The notes under the pieces: model-generated
The model's database searches: none
Seen by the model: only the letters and a program-made list of their open reading frames with translations
What the model was told of the DNA's origin: nothing
Part shown: piece by piece, positions 36,125 through 45,799 of the stretch
Layout of the letters: each line of letters begins with the position of its first letter
Position numbering within the stretch: position 1 is the stretch's first letter
Assembly (NCBI GenBank): GCA_002811645.1
Contig: PDIP01000145.1
Location: 66,050 to 130,049, forward strand
Source: Corallochytrium limacisporum Hawaii
Lineage: Eukaryota; Protista; Pluriformea
Direction of reading: 5' to 3'
DNA length: 64,000 nucleotides
Made by a program: the position numbers and the translations under genes

Positions 36125-37822
36125 TCACTGGGCGGTGGTGGGCCACATCTGCCAGGCCAGCACCGCAGTCTGCCCGACAGCCGCAAGCCCGACCCCACGT
36201 CGGGCCATCGGTGATAGCCACGTACCGAAGCCTCCATCTGCGAATTGCGCAGCGAGCAACGCCTGCAGAGGCAGCAGTGCTGTTGTGACCACCGCATTGT
36301 TCTGGTCCGAGCCAGGAACATTGGCCGTAGTCACCAGTGCCCAGACAGTGCCAACGACATACGCACTAAACGCACGGTTCAGTGCCCGTCCCCGGAGAGT
36401 GAGTGAGCGCCGGCGCCACCTTCTGATACCTTCGTAGACCGTCAGAGGCCAGACAACGATGCCAAAGACCAGGAGGGGGACAGTCAGACGCTCTGCAATG
36501 GTGGACAGGGCGAGGGTGGGCGTGAGATCCATTGGGACCGCAGGGATGTGCGCCTTTGCGAGCAAGGTACCGACACCAACCGCTCCGACTGTCGCAGCAC
36601 CAAGCAGGGCACCAATGGAACGCCATCGCAGGCCTGGACTGGTCCGTACACCGGTGCTATCCGTGCCGAAGAAGAGCTCAAGGGTCGCACCCAGGGTCAG
36701 TACGGCAGAAGCCACCGAACTGACACCACCCTGTCCCAGCGCAAATCCGGCCCCGAGCACCATCCCCAGACCTGCCATCGTTGACCCGGCTCTACCGTTG
36801 CCGAGCTCAAGGGTCGAGAAAAGGCCATGTTCCACAACACTTAACATGCAAGCCACCATGACAGTTTGCCAGGATTGAAAAGATGCAGTGGAACTGGTAC
36901 TGGCCAAGACGCCCAATCCTATAACGCTGGAGGCGTGCCAGAGCAACGGTAAGTGCCTGTGTCCCGGACGATACAGCTCAGTCTGAATGCGTTCAAGAGA
37001 CTGACTATCCAATTTCGACTGCACACGATTCTCTCGCTGCTCCTGCCATGCACGTGCGACACTGGCAATGTCGTCTCCAACGTCGGCCTGCGATGTTGGC
37101 GGCGGCGGGGCCTGGGACCGACCAGAAGGGGACTGGGCAGGAGTATTGGGTTGATGCGGCAGTCGACGACTGAGGTTCCGGAGCACCGCAGATGCGCAGT
37201 TACGCTTGGGATCCCGATCTTGTGCACAGTACAGTGCAGCTGAGTAGTAGATGGCACCATCAAGGACTAGCAGCTGCGCAAAGTGCAGGCCCTGACTGGC
37301 CACGACCTTCAAGTCGAGTGCGTCCATTCTAATGGGCAAGGTTAGTAGTGGGCTTGGCCATACCACAGACATCAAATATAGGGACCTCAGGGAAAGTAGT
37401 GCTGCGTAGCTTACCCATCCCACTGATGGTGTGTGCGATTTTATCCACCGCAGGATCCGTGTGGCGAGTGAGGGTTTCGGTTCTTTCTCGGCGCGCCGCT
37501 TGAACCGTTCCTCGCGCTCCCGCTCCTCATCAGCCCGACGCTTGGCCAACCAGCGCTCGTGCACTTTCTTGCGCTCTGCGTATTCTCCCATCTTTCTACG
37601 GATTGACACAGTTCTATCCATCTCTGCTTCGCCCAAGGTCGCTCCGGTCAGGCGCCGCTCACGGGCCACGGACGCGACTTCGTCTCCGAATTCTGCGCCC
37701 GCCTTGGCCTTAGTATCCGGCAGCCGATCGCTCTCGAAACGGCCATGATTGCTGACTCCATTACTTTCACCCATACTGTTTTTGCTGTATAGCAGGTCGT
37801 CGTTGAGAGTAATATCCCTCAT
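36125..37822 (-). CDS. Unknown multi-pass membrane protein, 565 aa; possibly a divergent DMT / nucleotide-sugar-transporter-fold protein
   Basis: Long ORF with a charged N-terminus and about 9-10 hydrophobic segments. STASFQSWQ..LFSTLEL..AGLGMVLGAGFALGQ resembles SLC35A AATYQVTYQ..LFSVLML..ASLLLLFTGVAIVQ. The gene call is firm; the family call is tentative. Confidence 0.7.
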   Translation of the reverse strand: MRDITLNDDLLYSKNSMGESNGVSNHGRFESDRLPDTKAKAGAEFGDEVASVARERRLTGATLGEAEMDRTVSIRRKMGEYAERKKVHERWLAKRRADEEREREERFKRRAEKEPKPSLATRILRWIKSHTPSVGWVSYAALLSLRSLYLMSVVWPSPLLTLPIRMDALDLKVVASQGLHFAQLLVLDGAIYYSAALYCAQDRDPKRNCASAVLRNLSRRLPHQPNTPAQSPSGRSQAPPPPTSQADVGDDIASVARAWQEQRENRVQSKLDSQSLERIQTELYRPGHRHLPLLWHASSVIGLGVLASTSSTASFQSWQTVMVACMLSVVEHGLFSTLELGNGRAGSTMAGLGMVLGAGFALGQGGVSSVASAVLTLGATLELFFGTDSTGVRTSPGLRWRSIGALLGAATVGAVGVGTLLAKAHIPAVPMDLTPTLALSTIAERLTVPLLVFGIVVWPLTVYEGIRRWRRRSLTLRGRALNRAFSAYVVGTVWALVTTANVPGSDQNNAVVTTALLPLQALLAAQFADGGFGTWLSPMARRGVGLAAVGQTAVLAWQMWPTTAQ

Positions 37823-38899
37823 TGGTTGTTACTTGTCAAGGTTTCTAGCCCTCTAACATTGCCCACGAAACTGCTACGCCGAAGACACTGCTCCGGTGCT
37901 CATGTGGATCCGACCTTTATCTCTTCCTTTCACAAGATAAACACTACAAGAAATTTGGTGACAACCAGACTAACAAGAGATTTCGAGCCACTCATTCTTG
38001 AGTACCATCAACCAACGTGACCCAGAACCAAATCATAGCTCTGCACCCGCCGTGTGCGCGCGCGGGCATTTCAAGTCGCCCTGTACGGACTCAATCACCC
38101 CCTCTCTCCACGGCGCCCAACCTCCCTTCCCACTCTCTCTATCCCCAAGACCCGCCCTTGCAACCACGGCAAGTGTGACGGTGGGCAGGGGAGGGGGGGG
38201 CTGGCGGTTGGGGGGAACTGGGCGCTTGCGGAAGAGGGGGGACGCACGTTACGCAGTAAACACGGTGTCCCCAGCCAATCAGAAGGCTGTTTCCCCTGGC
38301 CTTCCGCCTTGTTGTTTTACACCTATACAATTCTTTTTTCTCTTGCTTTGTAAGTTATTTTGGCGGTTGCTTCTTGCCCCCCCCTCTCCTCGCTACTGAA
38401 CAATTTTTTTTTCTGTCTGTTTTCACTTTTTTTCGAAATAGTAAGAAAAGCCGAGTGAAGAACCACCCAGCAGGGGACCTTCCCTGCAATTGGGAGCTCT
38501 GCAAACCGGGTTCCCCCTTCCCGCCCTCTCTCTCTCTCTCTCCCTCCTCCCTCCTCTCTTCTCTCTTCTCTCTTCTCTCTTCTCTTCTCTCTCTCTCCCG
38601 TCTTTTCCTTTCGGACGGGGGCCCTCTCCGTGCGTTCCCACTGCCCGCAATTTCTTCACCACAGTGCGGGCTCTCGGGTGTTTACAATATGCGGCCCCCT
38701 CGGCGCGTAAGGCCGCCCCTGAACGTGTTGCGGGGCAAAGGGGACCCCCGACCCTCCGGGGCAAAAGGAAAAAAACGGCGGTGGAGGGTATTTCAAATCG
38801 AAATCACCTACGTGGACCTTCCCTCCCAGTTTTAAATGTATTGAATTTTGTGTTGATTCAATTTTTGATTTATTCCTGCGTTTGGCTACACTCCTGCTG

Positions 38900-40585
38900 T
38901 TATTCCACCCTATGGGCCGCAGCTCTGGGTTGGTTCGGACAGGGCACACAGGGGTCTAAACTATTCCGCACCCATGTCCCCTCGCCATGCTCTTGATTAC
39001 TCCTCAACTCACTGATAGAAGCACAAACTAAGGGACCTTTGGTGGGACTGTGAGGGTAGGTGTTTGGCTGTTGCTCGACGTCCACCACCGGCAGACTCTT
39101 TTCGGTTGCATGACCCCAGTTGGAGGCTTCCGAATCTTCCGTGACTGGCCTTCCAGTCATGAGTTCCTCAATCTCTGCTGCGCTTCGTCCCTTCGTCTCC
39201 GGCACAAATGCTAAGACTAAGCCAATCAGCAACACCGCATCCAGACCAAAGAGAATGAAACAGAGGCCCGGATCCACCTGTTCCGCGAGCAACGGGTACA
39301 CCATTGTGACCAGGAATGCCGATGCCCAAGAGCTACCGGCCCCGAGGCTCATGGCCACGCCTCGAGCACGCGTTGGTGATATCTCCGAGATCACCACAAG
39401 TGGTACCAGTCCCATTCCCGCACTGAAGAAGAACATGTACATACAAACGGCTAGGACCGCAACGAATGAACCAGACGAACTAATACGCTCTGGATCCGCG
39501 CTCGTGCCGCCAGCCAGAAAGACATAGGACAGACCGGATAGGGCCACAGTACAGAAAGCACAGGCGACGACAATAAACACTTTTCGGCCGAGACGGTCAA
39601 GTAAGACAACTCCCACTCCACCTCCCACGACCTGCACAGCACCCATGACCATATTCGCGATCTCCGGGCGCTGGATTCCGGCCTGCTCGGAAATTAGAGA
39701 CAAGTAACTGGCGATTGGTGCATTTCCCGTGGCTTGTACCATGGCTGGAATTACAATCGCGAGGGTGATAACTTTCCAGAGTCTTCTGTCCCTGAAGGCA
39801 GTCCAATACCCAACTGTGTGCTGCTGGTTGCTGATCGGACCATAGTCGATCATCCCCTCCATCCCCAGCCAGATTTCATTGTTGTTAGCGTCCCACTCAC
39901 GATTAACCGTCACGAGCCAGACAGGGCTTTCTGGACACAGGAAGTGCAGTCCCAACCCCACACATGCGGCCAGACCCGCACCTATCCATGCTATCGGGCG
40001 CCAGTTCTCTGGTGACAGAGACGCGCCGATCGCGTACGGCAGGAAGATTCCAAACGACAAGAATAACTGCGAGATTGAGGTCAAATTGCCACGATATGCT
40101 ACTGGGCTGATCTCTGTCACGTATGTGATCACACCCGAAGCGAACACACCATTGGCATAACCCGTCAAGATTCGCCCGACCAGGACGATGGCCATATCAA
40201 AACCGATTGCCATGAGTGCGTAGCCGACCAGGCCGATGAGGGTTGCAATCTGTAACGCCCGTATCCGTCCGCATCTATCCAAAGTTAGTGCCGACGTTAG
40301 AGATCCAATCATACAGAACAATGGAGCCATGGACGCGAAAAGTGCCTGGGTTGAGTTGTCGATTCCGAAATCCCGGATCAGTCCCACGAGTACTGGAGAA
40401 CTGAAACTGATTCCAAACCCGAACACGATCGAAGCTGTGCTGGCTACCGTGACGGCAATAATGGTTCGGGCTCGGAGACTCACCGATTCCTTCAGAGATT
40501 CCTCTGAGTCGTTTTCAGAGATAGTTCCATACGACCGACGGGGCAGCTGCGCCCGAATCTCTTCCCCTCCAACCACAATGGACAT
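38900..40585 (-). CDS. MFS sugar porter family transporter (GLUT6/8 / Tret1-like), 12 TM
   Basis: Signature motifs DRCGR, GRILTG, YVTEISPVAYRG, PESPVWL, DRLGRK, SEISPTRARG, VPETKGRSAAEIE. Confidence 0.95.
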   Translation of the reverse strand: MSIVVGGEEIRAQLPRRSYGTISENDSEESLKESVSLRARTIIAVTVASTASIVFGFGISFSSPVLVGLIRDFGIDNSTQALFASMAPLFCMIGSLTSALTLDRCGRIRALQIATLIGLVGYALMAIGFDMAIVLVGRILTGYANGVFASGVITYVTEISPVAYRGNLTSISQLFLSFGIFLPYAIGASLSPENWRPIAWIGAGLAACVGLGLHFLCPESPVWLVTVNREWDANNNEIWLGMEGMIDYGPISNQQHTVGYWTAFRDRRLWKVITLAIVIPAMVQATGNAPIASYLSLISEQAGIQRPEIANMVMGAVQVVGGGVGVVLLDRLGRKVFIVVACAFCTVALSGLSYVFLAGGTSADPERISSSGSFVAVLAVCMYMFFFSAGMGLVPLVVISEISPTRARGVAMSLGAGSSWASAFLVTMVYPLLAEQVDPGLCFILFGLDAVLLIGLVLAFVPETKGRSAAEIEELMTGRPVTEDSEASNWGHATEKSLPVVDVEQQPNTYPHSPTKGPLVCASISELRSNQEHGEGTWVRNSLDPCVPCPNQPRAAAHRVE

Positions 40586-41559
40586 TGCGTTGATATGACT
40601 GTATGGGCAGGCCTCCTGTTGCTGACACTGATCACCTGAACATTGCGACCAGTGGTGGCTTTCAATTCTATGACGATAGTGCTTTTTTCCCTTATTATCC
40701 TCTCATTGTGTTGAAAACTTGGCGATCATGTACGACGCTGACCACTGAAGTCATTGATCCGCTGGAACCCGTTGCATGTGTGACCCACGGGGAGTATGAA
40801 GTACCCACTCCCTCCTCCCATCTTGCGTGCTTCTCGCACTCCTCTCGTCGGGACACCAAGTTTTTCCCCTCCCATCGATCACTACCGAAAGTGTGATAGT
40901 TAGCCAGTCTTCCGTTGTCGCTTGCGGCAGTCGCGAACTCGCTACCATTTTTCCACTGGAGGCGGGTTGAGGCGGGGGGGGGGAAGAGCCATCCTGCACT
41001 TGCGGCCCAAATAAAGTGAGAGAGACAGTGTGACCGTGCGGTCAACTGTTTGGCTCCAGTTTTTCTAAGGCACGGGTAGGGCACGGCCTCCTTGAACTCT
41101 CTCACCGAGTATTCGGGAACGGTGGTATAGGAAATACAAGTGGCTGGCCCGTGTGGGTAGAGGCTCCTCTCTGTCTTATGCACAAATCATCCGCGTGTAT
41201 TGTAAAGCCCAATGGCTTCAGCCAGCGGCCGTGGACGGGTCAAGATCAACGACGACGATACGCTGACGGGTCATACGGATGTAAGAGCGTGTCCAAGGTA
41301 GCTGAATAGCCTGAACTGATACTCGCGGTTTTGGCCATCTATTGTGCCATGAAGGAATGGGGGTCAGGTATGTTACACACCGCGAGACCTCTGTCGGAAC
41401 TTGAATGCGCCGCAGGAGCTCCGGACGTCCGGTTGAAGAACAACGCGCAGCTCGACGGTGACAAGATAAGAACGACAGGCCGAGCCACGCCGTATGAGAG
41501 AGCGAGTGAGAGAGTGCACAGAGAAAGAGCGCAAGAGAGGAGAGAGAGTGCGCAGGCAC

Positions 41560-41705
41560 AGAGAGTGAGCAGAGAGAGAGAGAGAGAGAGAGAGAGCTCA
41601 GAGAGAGAGAGAGAGAGCTCAGAGAGAGAGAGAGAGAGCTCAGAGAGAGAGAGAGAGAGCTCAGAGAGAGAGAGAGAGAGCTCAGAGAGAGAGAGAGAGA
41701 GAGAG
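41560..41705 (+). repeat. Compound minisatellite CTCA(GA)n, ~21-bp unit
   Basis: Directly visible. Confidence 0.9.
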
Positions 41706-42189
41706 TGCTGAGAGATTGGGTCGGTTGATATACGCGATGATCGTCACGCGCACCCCAGAGAGACAAAGTGAGAACCTGGAATAACTGGGGACTGAATCAG
41801 CAAGAACAAAGCAACAGGGATGCGCCACTGCAACCTACTTATCGCTTTGGTATGCGCGGTAGGTTGTTTCCCGGTACTGTGGGATGTGCGTATGTGTGTC
41901 TTAGCCATGACTTGTTCACCGATCGTCTCCACCACACCCTGTTTTCCTTCGTTTCCCCTTATGTTAGCTATAGAAAGTATGACAGCTTTACGAGGAAGGC
42001 CTCCAAGGAAGATAGGGGAGGAGGTGCGGAGGGAAGGATAGTGGTGATGACACCGCTAGTGGTACACATTCAAACGGGGTTCGTTTCGTGGGAGGTACCG
42101 AGGCATACAAAAGCTATCACTTTTTTTTTGCGCTACGCCTGGCATTACCAAGAACCGAAGAAAAAAAAAGGGTAATCGAAAGAGAGAGA

Positions 42190-42191
<2 letters not shown>

Positions 42192-42241
<50 letters not shown>

Positions 42242-42369
42242 NNNNNNNNNNNNNNNNNNNNNNNNNNNNNNNNNNNNNNNNNNNNNNNNNNNNNNNNNNN
42301 NNNNNNNNNNNNNNNNNNNNNNNNNNNNNNNNNNNNNNNNNNNNNNNNNNNNNNNNNNNNNNNGAGAGA

Positions 42370-42419
<50 letters not shown>
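42192..42419 (+). repeat. (CA)n microsatellite spanning an assembly gap
   Basis: Directly visible on both sides of gap 42242-42363. Confidence 0.95.
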
Positions 42420-42422
<3 letters not shown>

Positions 42423-43176
42423 GTCACTCCGGGTTCTGCTTGATCGACTCATCCGGGTCAGTACCAAGGTACTCTCTCAGGTACCGAGAAACCTACAGTT
42501 TTCGGGCGAAAGGAGGGAGTTGGGGGGAGGGGGGAGGGGGGAGAGCCGGACCAAGAGTGACGCTCTGGGATGATTTGGCCCCCCCCACCCCCCGGGTGGC
42601 CACTCTTCCTTTGGTAGCCAGCATACTCCGCCGCGAACGGCGGGGCCGCCGAGTGTGTGGTTGGTGTTGGTTTTGGTGTCTCTTCGCCTTCTGTTCCCCT
42701 TCCCTTTTTTCCCATGCTCCATCCCCGGGTTCCACCATAACCCTCGGCTGGGCTCCCTGGCGTTGTTGGTGGTGTGAGGTTTGTGTGCGGAACAAAAGCA
42801 TAAAGATATGAGTGCCATTGGTAAAATTCTTCCATATTTTATAATATTACACAATAAGCGGAAAAAGGGGGTGGGGGCAAGTGTTTCTAATCTCTCACCA
42901 ACCTCGGGTCTTTTTTTTTCCTCTCTGGAACCAGCCAGAAATATCTTTTTTGAATCTTCGTTGATAACTGCCAAGGGAAGGGACCCCCCCCGGGGGGGAG
43001 GGGGAATTTTCCAGATGGGAAGATGCAGGTGATGCAACCAACGAACGTTGCCCACTGCTTTGCTGTCAGTCGTGATGATGATGATGTTGATATGTGTATA
43101 CCTCTCCGTGCGAGATGGACCGGCCATCAAGCCGTCAGGGTCTTCGATATCATTGTTGGTTCTTGTCACTCAGCAT

Positions 43177-45672
43177 CTAGACAGAGACATAGTCGCGATT
43201 GTCGCCGCGACGAGCGCGCCTGTGGAACAGAACTCCGAAGATGAGAAGGGTGGCAACTGCCACACCGCCGACAATGCTGCCAGTGAGAATCGCTACCTCT
43301 GAACCGCTTCCGCTAGAAGAAACGTCCGGAGTGCCTGAAGTTTGGGCTGAGGGGGAGCCGGTCGAGCTGCCGTGGGTGGTCACAGTCGTGTGGTGCGAAT
43401 TGGTACTACTGCCTGTTGCTGTTCCAGTACCAGTGTTCGAGCTTGGGTCGTTACTCGGGACAGAGGTGTTGGTGGAGATGCTGGTGCTGGTGGTCACGGA
43501 GGTGGCTGTAGTAGTGACTGTAGTGGGTATAGCCGGGTTGGTGCACGCTTTTTCAGCTGCACAGTTACCTACTCCACACTCTACACAGACCTGGCCGTTA
43601 CTACCACCGCATTGGCAGCCACCAGAAACGCACTGTGCGCAGCTGTAGTCGTCCTTTGATCCGGCGCACAAACCGTCGGTGTACCAAGACGTCCATTGGT
43701 TTAGATCGCACTTGGTTTCGCCACCGGAGGTGATCTTCTTGCCCCACTCGAATGTCTTGCCAGGCTCAGCCTGGATGACAACGATGCCGTCCTTGTTGGT
43801 CAGGACAGCATTAGAAGCTTCATCGGAATCAGCAGTCGGCAGAGTGACGCCCTCCATAGGCACCTGACAAGGCTCTTTGTCGCTGGAGATGCTAACGCTC
43901 ACGTAGTTGAAAGTTGTGCCATCGGAGCGCTGCGTCATGACGGTCGCGTCACAGTTGTTGAGGGCCAGGCGGTTCATGAAAATGTCATACAGTTCGTCTT
44001 GCTTGTAGGAGGTGAAAGGCAGCGAAATGTACTCGTGCATGCACTTCGAGAGGCTAAAGACGTGATTGGACAGCAGGCTCTGCGTTTCATTCTCATACTG
44101 GAAGAGATTCATGTTGGACTGATGGTACATGAGAGGATCTTGACGGAGCGACAAGATCAGAGGACCGATGTATCCGCAATCGTATTCGTTAACTTCTTCT
44201 TCGCTCTTAAAACCAAAGGCGGTTTTATCCCAAACCGCGAGGTTCTCTTCGGGAGTGGCAGCGTTCCAGTCAATGCGGGTGGCGTGGCGAGGGATCAGGG
44301 TCATGCCTTCGTAGCCGTTGTACTCTACTGTGGTGATGTAGGGCAGGAAGTTTGCGGCGGTTTCGAAGGTGTAGTTGTGCGGACCATAGTCATTGTTGGA
44401 CAGACTGTTTGTCATGCCTAGTTCATCCATGGCTTTCCAGACGGCACCGTTTTGCATACCGGAGTATGTGCCGGAGATGAAACCCTTACCGGACCAGGTT
44501 TCAGACTCAGAAAAGCCCAGGATCTGGGTGGCCATGCCAATGTTGTAGTGAAGCTCAATTTTTGCATCGGCGACACTCATCTCAGCCATGTTTGGATGAG
44601 TGAAGGTATGGCTGTGCCACAGGAAACCATCGCGCCACTCCTTAGTGAGGGCCGCCTGTGCCAGGTCAAACGAGTCGAACCACGGGCCGTAGAAGGTCTC
44701 ATTCATATACCATTTGTCTGGCCACGGGTCGGTATACTTATCTTTGTTCTCATCGGGCAAAAGGTAAGCGTCCACACTGATATTGTACATCTCAAAGAAA
44801 GGACCAAACAGATAGTTGTTTGTTTCACCGTCGTACTTGGTGGCCATGCCGTTGATGCCGAGGGCGAATTTGATAGAGTCGCCGGTCTCCTTGTTGTACT
44901 CATCCTGCAGAGTCAGATGATAGCTAACGTTGTCTACGGGCACGAGATGGTCATTACTGAGGAAAAAGTCGTCCACCTGCGGGCTCAAGGCAATTTTGCG
45001 CGCACCCATGATGACCTTATTAGTGACATATTGCAGGGCAATGTGCTGCAGGGTGATGCCGCCAAGAGTGTTGTTTTCGCAACGGGCGGTCACGTACATA
45101 ACTTTGTTCTTGGTGTCTGCGAATGCAATGGTTGCTTTAGTGTCGCTTGCGAGGGTGGCAAAGGGAACCATACCAGGCACGCCGCCGGGGATGTAGTCAA
45201 AGAATAGCCTCGGGAACTCCATGTCTTTGCCACGGACGACAACGCCTTCAAGGATCTTGGTATCCTCGGTTTTGGGTACCGTGACCGTGTTTGGCTCAGA
45301 CTTGACACCCTTCTTTTCAAGATCGTAGGGACCACCCCAGTTCATGGCTACCCACCGGGCACTATAGTTGCTCAAGTAAGTCATGATGACGCCAGCGTCA
45401 TCGTTGGAGACTGGACCGGTGGTGATGACGCAATTGTACTTGCCGTCCTCGTCAACGTCAATAAGGGCGTTGTAGCTGACCTCATCGTAGAAGTCCATTC
45501 TCATACCGGTACCCTTGAAGAGAGCGAGACCTTCTGCGTCTGTGTTGTAGAAGACAGCACAGCCGAGACCAGTCGGCCGGTAGAATTCAGTCGATGAAGC
45601 ACCCAGGGCCACTGCAGATCCAAAGATCAGCACGGCCAAGAGGGCGGAGCTCAAATACTTGTGACCTTGCAT
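43177..45672 (-). CDS. Agd3-like (CE18-type) polysaccharide deacetylase, type-I membrane-anchored, paralogue 1 (831 aa)
   Basis: Start moved to MQGHKYLSSALLAVLIFGSAVALG (signal peptide) at 45672. Agd3-type motifs: PQVDDFFL (~44960-44982), SHTFTHPNM (~44596-44610), IPRHATRI (~44280), LRQDPLMYHQSNM (~44110-44150). Followed by a 10-Cys module, Ser/Thr stalk, TM (AILTGSIVGGVAVATLLIFGVLF) and a short tail. Confidence 0.85.
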   Translation of the reverse strand: MQGHKYLSSALLAVLIFGSAVALGASSTEFYRPTGLGCAVFYNTDAEGLALFKGTGMRMDFYDEVSYNALIDVDEDGKYNCVITTGPVSNDDAGVIMTYLSNYSARWVAMNWGGPYDLEKKGVKSEPNTVTVPKTEDTKILEGVVVRGKDMEFPRLFFDYIPGGVPGMVPFATLASDTKATIAFADTKNKVMYVTARCENNTLGGITLQHIALQYVTNKVIMGARKIALSPQVDDFFLSNDHLVPVDNVSYHLTLQDEYNKETGDSIKFALGINGMATKYDGETNNYLFGPFFEMYNISVDAYLLPDENKDKYTDPWPDKWYMNETFYGPWFDSFDLAQAALTKEWRDGFLWHSHTFTHPNMAEMSVADAKIELHYNIGMATQILGFSESETWSGKGFISGTYSGMQNGAVWKAMDELGMTNSLSNNDYGPHNYTFETAANFLPYITTVEYNGYEGMTLIPRHATRIDWNAATPEENLAVWDKTAFGFKSEEEVNEYDCGYIGPLILSLRQDPLMYHQSNMNLFQYENETQSLLSNHVFSLSKCMHEYISLPFTSYKQDELYDIFMNRLALNNCDATVMTQRSDGTTFNYVSVSISSDKEPCQVPMEGVTLPTADSDEASNAVLTNKDGIVVIQAEPGKTFEWGKKITSGGETKCDLNQWTSWYTDGLCAGSKDDYSCAQCVSGGCQCGGSNGQVCVECGVGNCAAEKACTNPAIPTTVTTTATSVTTSTSISTNTSVPSNDPSSNTGTGTATGSSTNSHHTTVTTHGSSTGSPSAQTSGTPDVSSSGSGSEVAILTGSIVGGVAVATLLIFGVLFHRRARRGDNRDYVSV

Positions 45673-45791
45673 TGTTAAAGTTACAGGTTCATTATATTCT
45701 ACTACAAGCAGATTTTCAATCGATGCTTTTGGTTCTTTAACAGAGCTTGTGTGTTCGTGATCAAGAGAGTCTGACGTGTGTTCAGACGTAT

Positions 45792-45799
45792 CTTTTATA
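45792..45799 (-). promoter_or_regulatory. TATA box candidate (TATAAAAG) for deacetylase paralogue 1
   Basis: Exact TATAWAWR match 120 nt upstream of the ATG; identical in paralogue 2. Confidence 0.5.

Noticed and set aside
36215-36270. LLAAQFADGGFG resembling a prenyltransferase/cyclase QW repeat
   Set aside because: Single copy between hydrophobic helices, with no other cyclase features.
43190-43215. RGD motif in deacetylases 1 and 2 as an integrin ligand
   Set aside because: It lies after the TM on the predicted cytoplasmic side.
43999-45207. Long plus-strand ORFs opposite the deacetylases (also 50660-51415, and minus-strand ORFs opposite the transcription factor)
   Set aside because: Antisense shadows caused by codon bias.
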